Assembly: GCA_036785375.1 (NCBI GenBank)
Contig: JAWMAR010000093.1
Span: 744,001-808,000, forward strand
Direction: 5' to 3'
Length of the DNA stretch: 64,000 bases
From: Leucoraja ocellata
Lineage: Eukaryota
The notes beneath the pieces are model-generated. The model was not told where the DNA came from and searched no databases. It saw only the letters and a program-made list of their open reading frames with translations. Position numbers and translations under genes: made by a program. This document shows, in pieces, positions 1 to 12,300 of the stretch. Position 1 is the first letter of the stretch, and the number at the start of each line of letters is the position of its first letter.

Positions 1-333
1 GATTGTATTCATGTAGGGATCTCACCAATGGAACAATTCCTCAGTATAGTTCTGGACTATTAGCATGGATCACAAGATCAAATTCTGGAGTAAGAAATGT
101 TAATCTTCCAACTTCTGATTGGAAGTGAGAATGTGACTGAAACCATCGACTTTATGTAGAGAAAAATCAGCATCTTTCATTATCAAACTTAATAGGATAT
201 TTTAAATACATTATTCACCTTTAATCTACCCAATAAGGTAATAATGGCACTTTATTCTGAGTTGAGTATATTATCAATATGTTACATTTAATTAAAAATT
301 GTGATTAAAAACTGTACAAAGGACGTATATTAC

Positions 334-380
334 CTGGGCAATCGCTGTTTGTACAATTCCAAACACCACCTCTGCAGATG
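334..380 (-). CDS. OTOGL: OTOGL exon ([15 protein letters not shown])
   Basis: tttgcag acceptor, CAG|GTAATA donor, 47 nt. Confidence 0.9.
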
Positions 381-3300
381 CTGCAAACATTAAACATTCC
401 AGTTTTGTTAAGTCGTGTTAAAATTGAATAATTATGCATGACTTACAATATATCAATAAACCAAAATAATCATGGACTAGTGAGTAGTAAATGGACAAAA
501 ATATTGAAAGTCTGTAAAACAATTAAGCATTACTCACTTAAAAGCTGCTAAACAATTAAAAGATAAATCTGTGCCGCTTTTTATTTTTATAACCATATAA
601 CCATATAACAACTACCGCACGGAAACAGGCCATCTCGGCCCTTCTAGTCCGTGCCGAACACTTACTCTCCCCTAGTCCCATCTACCTGCACTCAGACCAT
701 AACCCTCCATTCCTTTCCCGTCCATATACCTATCCAATTTATTTTTAAATGATAAAATTGAACCTGCCTCCACCACTTCCATTGGAAGCTCATTCCACAC
801 AGCTGCCACTCTCTGAGTAAAGGAGTTTCCCCTCATGTTACCTCTAAACTTCTGTCCCTTACTTCTCAAGTCATGTCCTCTTGTTTGAATCTTCCCTACT
901 CTCAATGGGAAAAGCTTATCCACGTCAACTCTGTCTATCCCTCTCATCATTTTAAAGACCTCTATCAAGTCCCCCCTTAACCTTCTGTGCTCCAAAGAAT
1001 AAAGACCTAACTTGTTCAACCTTTCTTTGTAACTTATGATTTTTCAAATTACAGTATGCTGTTTTCTGTGCTGAAACATACCACATATTGCAGCCCTCCT
1101 GTAAGTGAGATCCTATTGGGTAGGCGGTGCCATGATATACACATGGACAATCAGACATAGATATACAAGTTCCATTTTCCATGACAAGTCCTAAAAAACA
1201 ATTAGAAAAAATGCACACAAAATAATTCCGTTGTCTTAAAATGACATGGTGAATTGGAAACATAGAAAATAGGTTCAGGAGGAGGCCTTTCGGCCCTTCG
1301 AGCCAGCACTGCCATTCATTGTGATCATGGCTGATCGTCCCTTATAAATAACCCGTGCCTGCCTTCTCCCCATATCCCTTGATGCCACTAGCCCCTAGAG
1401 CTCTATCTAACTCTCTCTTAAATCCATCCAGTGACTTGGCCTCCACTGCCCTCTGTGGCAGGGAATTCCACAGATTCACAACTCTCTGGGTGAAAACGTT
1501 TTTTCTCACCTCATTCTTAAATGGCTTCCCCTTTATTCTAAGACTGTGGCACCTGGTTCTGGACTCACCCAACATTAGGAACATTTTTCCTGCATCCAGC
1601 TTGTCCAGTCCTTTTATAATTTTATATGTCTCTATAAGATCCCCCTCATCCTTCTAAACTCTAGTGAATACAAGCCTAGTCTTTTCAATCTTTCCTCATA
1701 TGACAGTCCTGCCATCCCAGGGATCAATCTCGTGAACCTACGCTGCACTGCCTCAATCACAAGGATGTCCTTCCTCAGATTAGGAGACCAAAACTGTACA
1801 AAATCCTCCAGATGTGGTCTCACCAGAGCCCTATACAACTGCAGAAGAATTGTGATGGGAATTCTGCAAAAATATCCCTGTGTTCATGTATAGTTGCTAA
1901 ATGTTTGACCCCAAGAACAATGACGAGTGCAAGCACATGCCAAGTAAGTTACTTCCATAAACCACACTACACTGTGCTTCTCTGCACTGGAGTAAATTTG
2001 ATAGAGGTACTAAAAAGGTTTTTGTATGATTACATTCCAATTACCTTCAGTCTAATAAAAAGCTATTTGGCTTGTCTTTATTGTTCATTCGATCTTTTAT
2101 TAAAGTATAACAGCAAAACATGAAATGCTAAAATTCACATCAGCTTCATTAACATCCAGAAGTGGGTGGAAATGATGAAAAAGCTATAAATTGCATAAAA
2201 ATGTATACGTGTGTTGCAAAACAAAATGTGCCAAAATTCTATCTTGGCCAGGCAGCATTTTAGAAGAAACATCTTTAAAAATAGTGTTTCCTTAAGAAAG
2301 TTTCTTATATATTTAAGCATGCAAACCAGATAGAGTTTGATTAAAACAGTTGAAGATGCATTCATCAAAAAACCATTGCAGTGTCAATCTACCATTACTG
2401 AGAGAAACATGAATAGGACTTTTAAAATTTATATCGAACACGTTATGTTTCTGAATTAAATAGAACTATATTAGTAAGGTTCCAAGAATATTTATGATAA
2501 TATTTCAAAACTATTATACCATTCCTTATGCCCAAGATTTATATTTTTAAGCTTTTCAAAGGCTAGTGCAAAAAGGTAGAAACTGCCTATAGTGTTTAGA
2601 TCATTCTGAGGACATACTCAGTTCTGAGGACAGTCCCAAATTCACGTATAATATTTTCTCAATTACAAACATCAAGTTGAGAACGACTTGGACTTTCTGT
2701 ACTGTATTTGACAAAATACAGATCCATCCAATTTATTAGAAACTCAAGACTCCATTGTGTATTTTTACTGCTTTAAGTTTTCAGCTGGGATAAATCCTAC
2801 ATATGAAAGCGTAGAGTGGAGTTTATAGCATAGAGTGCATTTAAATTAAAACTGCAGCTTCTCCCTGACAGTATTGAGGCAATAAAGTCACCAACACTAA
2901 AATAATGCTACATCTTTTGAGAGATGGAAAATTTGAAATAAATCCTCCTAGTTAATGTTACCATTGCATAATATTACTCATGTGAATTCAATCTCATAAC
3001 TTGTCCTATGGCAAGTTCATTTATGCCTCTAAATACATTTAGAGAGCAGTACAATGATACAATGGGAATTTCTCCCAACTTCAATACCAGATATAGGCAA
3101 GTGAAGTACTTGGAAAGAGATTGTTCATCACATTGAAAAACAGAAACTTTATTTTTAAATTGACATTAAAAAACTAAATGAATTTCTCACCATCAGGGCA
3201 GTAACAACCATCCAGGCAGTGTAGGCTACTCCCCAAACACTCCTTTTCAAATGTGCAAGTCGGTGGGCAGCAGCTAATACAGTCGCGATGAACAAAACTA

Positions 3301-6300
3301 TCTTCACACTGATTAACTGAAATATAACAAAGGTTCAATCCAAATGTTTTGATTCAGCACAATTTGCAGAGAAGAAAGCATTTTTTTAAAGAAGAGGATG
3401 ACTGATTAGCTTATATTGAAGTTGCATGTATCACTACAGTGTAAAAATGAATTTTGTTATTATGAGTAACGGTAATGCAAGTGAAATGGTGCACAATTCA
3501 TCTATTTTTTGTCTTTATTATATAGACATTCTTCCTATATGAAATATCAATCAATCTCTGCCATAGAAATATTAATTTGGTGTTATCTTGGGAATGTGTT
3601 TCCAAGGTGAGATAGTTTGTAGTGAAAGTGATTTATCAAACTATTACAATGATTTCATAATGTATTCTCAAATGAATTGTGGCAAAGTGGATACACATTT
3701 GAAGAGGTTAAACCATCAAACTCTTGCTATTGCCTGAGCTTGTTACAATTAATTGTGTTACAAAGCAGATACATCACTTGCCACTTTGCCCTACAGCATC
3801 ACTGTGTCCATCCAAACAGATGCACAGTTGGTTTCCCAACATTAAAGCTAGAAATCAAGTGTTCACCATTATTTGGCAAATTACTAAAGATTTAAGGAAA
3901 GATCCACCCATGAAACACCTGATTTACAAATTAACCTTTCAAAACAGTGCACACAGTTCGGTCCCAGAACAAATAATCCTCAAATCAAGACAGTGGACCC
4001 ATATGTCTGGGCCTGCGGTGACAGAGATTCAGTGTTGGTCAAACCAAGAAAACTGAGGAGTGATGAATATTAGTCTTCAAACTACAGCAACGTTAAGTGT
4101 ACCTGAGCATTGGTGTTAGTGCTTGGCTGTTGCAAGGCACTGGAGGGTGATTAAAACAGACTACATTGTGGGACCTGATTACAACTGCAGATAGAGAGTT
4201 CAGATGACTCCTCAGCTCATCACCAATGATGAAACAAAAAGGGCTGGAGTAACCTAGCAGGTCAAGCAGCCTCTTTGGAGGACATGGTTAGGTAGTGTGT
4301 CCTGTCTGACCTGCTGAGTTACTCCAGAACATTGTCCTTTACACACATTTCTAGAATCTACAGTGCCTTGTGTCTTCATGGCTGATGCTTTTTGGTAGAT
4401 TGTTTCCACGGGACCCCCAAAGTCCCACAAATTTAAAGTCTGGACAATCACCTCACATTGAGGTGCCCAAACCATGCCCCAAAAATTGTTGCAAGGTATT
4501 ACAAATTAAATCCCACATACATTAAATTAAAGGATTAGGGAAAATCTACTCCTTTTACAAACAATCCACACTTTCTCTGCAATACTCTCCTTGTTCAATG
4601 GATCATGGAACTGTTAGAGGTCATATTTTGTTTGTTGTTTTCAAAGTCAAAAGCAATTACGTCTAAAATAACAAAAAAAAACAACTTACTGCAAGCAGGA
4701 AAATCATCACTCCAATCTGTTAAGGGATTGCCTGCATGAGCACATGCCCTGGCATATTCTTTTAAGGCACGGCATTGAGTTTCAGTGTCATCCACCCTGT
4801 GCAACGGAACAATATGCTAACTCACCAGTAATTTGAATATTTAAATTTGTAATAAATTTGGTTACAAAAGGAGCACTTACTTGCACAGATCATTAATACA
4901 GCTGGCGACATATGAATTCGGCTGGACATTTTCACGACAAGTAAAAAATGGGAAACCAACCAGTACTTCACATTTTGCAATGATATCCTGAATTAAATTG
5001 AAAAGAACCACACAGAATAACTATTCCGCAATATATTTTTCAAAACACCTGCACAGAAATTATGATTGTAATTTTCATATCACCTAGTTGTCAAGTCATA
5101 TGTTGTGATCAGACTGTCGATTGTAAAATGCAAAGTAAATTCGCCATATATTGTTAGGTTTTTGGAGTGAAATCAAGCAACACATTTTCACTCGAAATGT
5201 TGTAAAATTGGGGCAAATTAAATTTCACAACCAAAAAATTTTTAATACCTTTCTCATAGAAACATAGAAACATAGAAGTTAGGTGCAGGAGTAGGCCATT
5301 CGGCCCTTCGAGCCTGCACCACCATTCAATATGATCATGGCTGATCATCCAACTCAGTATCCTGTACCTGCCTTCTCTCCATACCCTCTGATCCCCTTAG
5401 CCACAAGGGCCACATCTAACTCCCTCTTAAATATAGCCAATGAACTGGCCTCAACTATCTTCTGTGGCAGAGAATTCCACAGATTCACCACTCTCTGTGT
5501 AAAAAATGATTTTCTCATCTCGGTCCTAAAAGACTTCCCTCTTATCCTTAAACTGTGACCCCTTCTTCTGGACTTCCCCAACATCGGGAATAATCTTCCT
5601 GCATCTAGCCTGTCCAACCCGTTAAGAATTTTGTAAGTTTCTATAAGATCCCCCCTCAATCTTCTGAATTCCAGCATGTACAAGCCGAGTCTATCCAGTC
5701 TTTCTTCATATGAAAGTCCTGCCATCCCAGGAATCAGTCTGGTGAACCTTCTCTGTACTCCCTCTATGGTAAGAATGGCTTTCCTCAGATTAGGAGACCA
5801 AAACTGTACGCAATATTCCAGGTGTGGTCTCACCAAGACCCTGTACAACTGCAGTAGAACCTCCCTGCTCTTATACTCAAATCCTTTTGCTATAAATGCT
5901 AACATGCCATTTGCTTTCTTCACTGCCTGCTGCACCTGTATTCCTACTTTCATTGACTGGTGTACAATGACACCCAGGTCTCATTGCATCTCCCTTTTCC
6001 TAATCGGCCACCATTCAGATAATAGTCTACTTTCCTGTTTTTGCCACCAAAGTGGATAACCTCACATTTATCCACATTATACTGCATCGGCCATGCATTT
6101 GCCCACTCACCCAACCTATCCAAGTCACCTTGCAGCATCCTAGCATCCTCCTCACAGCTAACACTGCCCCCCAGCTTCGTGTTATCTGCAAACTTGGAGA
6201 TGTTGCATTCAATTCCCTCATCCAGATCATTAATATATATTGTAAATAGCTGGGGTCCCAGCACTGAGCCTTGCGGTACCCCACTTGTCACTGCCTGCCA

Positions 6301-9300
6301 TTCTGAAAAGGACCCGTTTACTCCTACTCTTTGCTTCCTGTCTGCCAGCCAGTTCTCTATCCACATTAATACTGAACCCCCAATACCATGTGCTTTAAGT
6401 TTGTATACTAATCTCTTATGTGGGACCTTGTCGAAAGCCTTCTGAAAGTTTCTAATACAGTATTTATTTCTCTTCTTAATTCTAGCTACCTTTGTCATCG
6501 TATTAATCTCATAAATGACATAAACATATCAAAACCCCACAGTATAATTAACGCCAGTGCTGCAATTGAAATATAAACCACAGAATCATAGATATTTACA
6601 GTAAATAAGGCATTTAGGCATTTCAGTTTAGTATTTGAATGCAGTTTTTTCATAAGCAATTAATTCCTATTCAAGATTTTAGAGTCCCACGCATTTGCAA
6701 TGATAGAGTAATACAGAAGGCACTAACGTTAATTTCTGCTTCTTTGTGCCGACATGGACTAGGGAAATCAAATGGAACAGATTCACATGGGGAATCAAAG
6801 GGAGATTGTGACATCCAACTGTTTCCAAAGACAGCTACATCCTCAGTCACCATATCTGAAAAAATGATATGTGTGTTACAGAAGGTTAATATAATGCATT
6901 CTATTTTACAATGAGGAGGGTCACTGAAAATACTGATGGACTCTCTTTCATGGCCATATATGCTTACTGTACACTGAGCCTGTGATAAAATCCGCTGACA
7001 CTATGAAATCTTTAAGATCTGTGGACCCAAATATACATAGGTCAAGGTTATTTAAAATGGTTCCAAAACGTTTGACATGTCTGAACTTATTAAGCACTGC
7101 TATTACACAGATGCACACTAAATCAAATATCTAGACCAGCACTTCTCAACCGGGGTTCCCTAGAACACTCGGGTTCCGCGAGAGGTCTCCCCCCCCCCAC
7201 CCACCCTCAAGGTTAGTTCTTCTGTTTGCCTTTGCTGCAGTTTTGAACAAACATTTAGATTTTTGGGGTTTTTTGCAATGTCAATAACTTGAGAAAAACG
7301 TGAATTATTTTTTGCTTAAACCAGTTAGCAGAAAAATATATTATGCTTGCCTTATGAACTATAAGTTTATGAAAGAGAAAGAAAGAGATTAATAAATATA
7401 TAATAATTTTTATGTAGGAGTTCCCCGAGACATGAAAATTATTTCAAGGGTTCGGCAAGGGTAAAAAGGTTGAGAAACGCGGATGTAGATCTTCAAAATA
7501 AATGTATAATACTAAACTAGAATTTACATTTATATATTAAAAAAAGATCATTCCACAGCTATATGTTTCTACAAGATCCCCCCTCATCCTTCAAATTCAA
7601 GTGAATACAAGTCCAGTCGACCCATTATTTCATCATTTGTCAGTCCCGCCAACCCGGGAATTAACCTGGTCAACCTACGCTGCATTCTCTTAATAGCAAT
7701 AATGCCCTTCCTCAAATTAGGAAACTAAAATTGCACACAATACTCCAGGTGCGGTCTCACCAGGGCCCTGTACAACTGCAGTAGGACCTCCTTGCTCCTA
7801 AACTCAAATCCTCTCACGATGAAGGCCAACATGCCGTTAGCTTTCTTCACTGCCTACTGTACCTGCATGCTTACTTTCAGTGACAGATATACAAGCACTC
7901 CCAGGTCTCGTTGCACCTCCCCTTTCACTAATCTGACACCATTCAGATAATAAACTGCCTTCCTGTTCTTGCCACCAGTGGTTAGCCTCACATTTATCCA
8001 CATTATGCTGCACTGCCGTGCATCTGCCCACTCAACCAACCTATCCAAGCCACCCTGCAGCCTCATTGTATCCTCATCACAGCTCACACTGCCACCCGGC
8101 CTTGTGTCATCCGCAAACTTGAAGATGTCACATTTAATTTTCTCGTCTAAATCATTAATTGTAAACTGTGTCATATTGTAAATAACTGGGGTCCCAGCAC
8201 TGAATCTTGCGGCACCCCACTAGTCACTGCCTGCCATGCTGAAAAGGAACCATTAATTCCTACACTTTCCTTCCTCTCTGCCAACCAGTTCTCTATCCAT
8301 GTCAATACCCTACCCCCAATACCATGTGCTCTAATTTTGCATACTAATCTCTTGAGTGGGACCTTGTCAAAGGCTTTTTAAAAGTCCAGATTCACCACAT
8401 CCATTGGCTCTCCCTTATCCATTCTACTTGTTACATCCTCAAAAAATTCCAGAAGATTTCATGATTTCCCCTTCATAAATCCATGCTGAATTTTCCCGAT
8501 CCTGTCACTGCTTTCCAAATGCGCTGCTATAACATCCTTAACAATCGCCTCAAGCATTTTCCATCACTACTGATGTAAGGCTAACTGGTCTATAATTCCC
8601 CATTTTCTCCCTCCCTCCTTTCTTAATGTGGAGTTATATTGGCTACCCTTCAGTCCATAAGAACTGATCCAAAGTCGAGACAACACTGGAAAATGATCAC
8701 CAATGCATCCATGATTTCTAGACCACCTCCTTGAGTACTCTGGGATGCAGACCATCAGGCCCTGGGGATTCATCTGCCTTGAGTCCCAACAGTTTACCCA
8801 ACACCATTTCCTGACTAATGTGGATTGCCTTCAGTTATTTCCTCCCACTAGATCCATGATCCCGTAGTATTTCTGGGAGATTGTTTGTGTCTTCCTTAGT
8901 GAAGACAGAACCAAAGTACTCGTGTATCTGTTCTGCCATTTCCTTGTTTCCCATTATGAATTCACCTGTCTCTTCCTTTTACATATCTAACGAAGCTTTT
9001 AGAGTTTTTATATTCCCCGCAAGCTTTCTTTCATGATCTTTCCCCCTCTCTTAATTAACCCCTTTGTCCTTCTCTGTTGAGTCCTAATTTTTTTCCATTC
9101 CTCCGGTTTGCTCCTTCCTCTGGCCAATTTATATGTCTCTTCCTTGAATTCAACACTATCTTTGATTTCCCTCCTTAGCCACGGTTGAGCCACCTCCCAC
9201 ATTCTATGTTTTCACCAGACAGGGATGAACAATGTTTGGAGTTCATCCATACGGTCTTTAAATCTTTGCCTTTGCACCTCCACAGTCAACCCTTTAAGTA

Positions 9301-12300
9301 TAATTTGCCAGCCTTTCATAGCTAATTCCCGCCTCACACCTTCAAAGACTCCTTCCTTTAAGTTCAGGACCCTAGTCTCTGAATTAGCTGTGTCACTCTC
9401 CAACTTAATGCAGAATTCCACCATATTATGGTCACTGTTACCCAAGGGGCTTTGCACAACAAGATCGCTAACTAATCATTACACTATGTTTAAGAAGGAA
9501 CTGCAGATGCTGGAAAATCGAAGGTAGACAAAAGTGCTTGAGAAACTCAGCGGGTGCAGCAGCATCTATGGAGCGAAGGAAATAGGCAACGTTTTGGGCC
9601 GAAACCCTTCTTCAGACTGATTACACAATACCCAGTCTGGGATGGCCTGCCCTCAAGTCGGTTCTTCTACATATCGGTTTAAAAAAACATCCCATGTACA
9701 TGCCAGGAAATCCTTCTCCTCAGCGCTGCTACCAATTTGGTTGGCCCAATCTATATGTAGATTAAAATCACTCATGATAACTGCTGTACCTTTGCTACAC
9801 ACATCCCCAATTTCCTGCTTGATGCTATCCCCAACCTCCATACTGCTGTTTGGTGGTCTGTATATAACTACTGCTGTTTGGTGGTCTTGTTTACATGCAA
9901 AAGAGTAAAGCGTAACAACGCATTTGATCTTCAGGCTTCTATTCCAGGCCTCATCTACCCTCAAACGCGGACAGAAAAATATCCCTGGCCCAAGTCAGAG
10001 ATAAACAAGGCAGTTACTCTGATATCCATCCCGCAATTTATACTTCAAACAACATTCCTAAAATAGATAACCTGAGCATTTATCTCATTAAACCGGCAAA
10101 TATTTCTGTACAAAAAATTTGCACTAATATTTTTCTATGTAATCAAGGTATCAGTTGCAATGTTCTTCAATTCCTGGGATGCACTTCATGTGCTTATGAA
10201 GGTGCCATGTTAATGGAAATATTTCTTCCATGTTATAGCAGGTGGTGTTTATAGGTATGTTACAAAACCTACCTGAATCGCCATTGGGAATCTGCCCACA
10301 GCCAGGTCGGCGATTTTGGCGCTGTTTGGAGGGGGCGGGTTTAAAACGCGATTTTTACTAGGCTGTACTAATCGCAGATGTTCAGCCTAGTAAATCATTA
10401 ACGAAAAATCGCTGCAAGACCCGGTCGCAAAAGGTATTATTAGTTTTATAGGCCTCGATAATATAGTTCTAATAGTTTAAAAATACTCTCTGATTCCGCA
10501 ACATCTCGCAGCCCCAGGGTTTTATAAAGCAAACAATTAAAGGTATGTACCTTATTTTTACATTAAATGGGGCATATATATAACCCTATATATCAAGTTA
10601 TCTATAGCGAATAGTTCATTTTGGGCTTTTTATATCCCGCAGTATTTTTCTCGGCATTTGAGGGCACTAATCCAGCGCGCTGTCAACATCCTAAACCAGC
10701 GCGTTCCACATGAACCCACTAGAAAGCCGATTTAAATGGGCATTTATTTACAGCAATTGAACACTAAATTCCTTCCATTTGGCCTATAAATTAATGTAAA
10801 TTAGATATAAAAATCATGTTATATTGTGAATTATTTGTGAATAATCTTTGGACACTTAGGCTATTTAAAAATGTTAATCTTTCCTTAAGAAATGGGCCTT
10901 TGATTATCCAAGATCACAGCTTTTTTGTAATGTCCATTGAAAATCAATAGGGAACAAGATGCTAATTTCCGAGTATGAAAATGGCCATAACTTTTTTAAT
11001 ACTTGAGATATGAAAGTGAATTTGGTGTCAAATTAAACTTATTGTTATGCTTTATCTGATGGGATAAATTGCAGACTTGATTTTTTAAATCTCAAAATTT
11101 TGTAACATTGCTAGTGTTTAGCTATACTCATGCAAAGCACAGACCTATGAACATGGATCCCCTCAAGACATATTGGGTTACGGGTGACGACACAGAGAAT
11201 ATTTCGAGCTGGAGGTGGGATACAGAGGAGATAATTGATTCATTTCATGAAACAAAGTCTGTGAGAACCGAGACACATATTTGGCAAGACATGTCAAACT
11301 TCAGTAATAAAATTGCGGACAATTTCATGGAATGTATGGTTTTCTGGATGAACACGTTGAGGAACTAACCAGTGGGAAGATCTAGTATTGAATAAGACAA
11401 AACCAAACCCAACTCTGCTTTTCGAAGTCGTAAATAATGGGAAATGAAGAGGAGTCCACATAAAGACGGAGGCAAAAGTCTATCATGGTATCACTGGGGA
11501 GACTAGATGTAATAATCTTGCTGGAGAAAGTGGGATGGTCAGCAATAGAAATACAACCTTCAGATGCCCTCAAGTGCAGCTAGGATGATGTGATGTAGCA
11601 CTGCAAGGCTTTTGCTAAACCAATCCTGGAAGCAAAGTACTTAGCATGGGGTGGGAGATTGCAACCTTCACGTGGTCCGCCCTGTTTCGACAAATGCAAT
11701 CAACCCGGTGTGCACAATCAAATAAGATCAAATAGAACAAGTTGTCCTACAACTTTAGGCTGTGCACGCCATACGCAAGAAGTACTTAACACTATTCCCA
11801 TTTTACAAATGTACAAAGGCACAACCTACAAGCAATACCAAGACATTTTAAGAATCCCATTAAATCAGCCTATTGCGAAAGTTTCTGTCTTTTAAACAAA
11901 TGTTCTTTGACTATTTGAGGAAAGAGATATCAATGATATCTAGATGAACTATATTCACATTTCACATCTTAATTCATACAGTATGCTGCCCAATACTTGT
12001 AGGGGATTTGTCGTTCCACAATATGATCTCTTTTAGCCTACAGATATCAGACCAGTTACCATAATTCTGAGATATTGTTTATGCCCAGGAAGAACTAAGT
12101 ATTTTTTATTAAAAATACTATATATATATATTTATTTATTTAAAGCCACTGTTTTAATTGCTTTCAAACATCTCAATGTTCTAATTTAGCAATATCATGA
12201 TTTAAACTTTTTTTTCATGTGCTTATAAAACCAGAGAGTAAAACAGCTAAAAACGCGTTTCTATTAATGGTGGGTGAAATTCCATCTTGATGCCTGCCCT

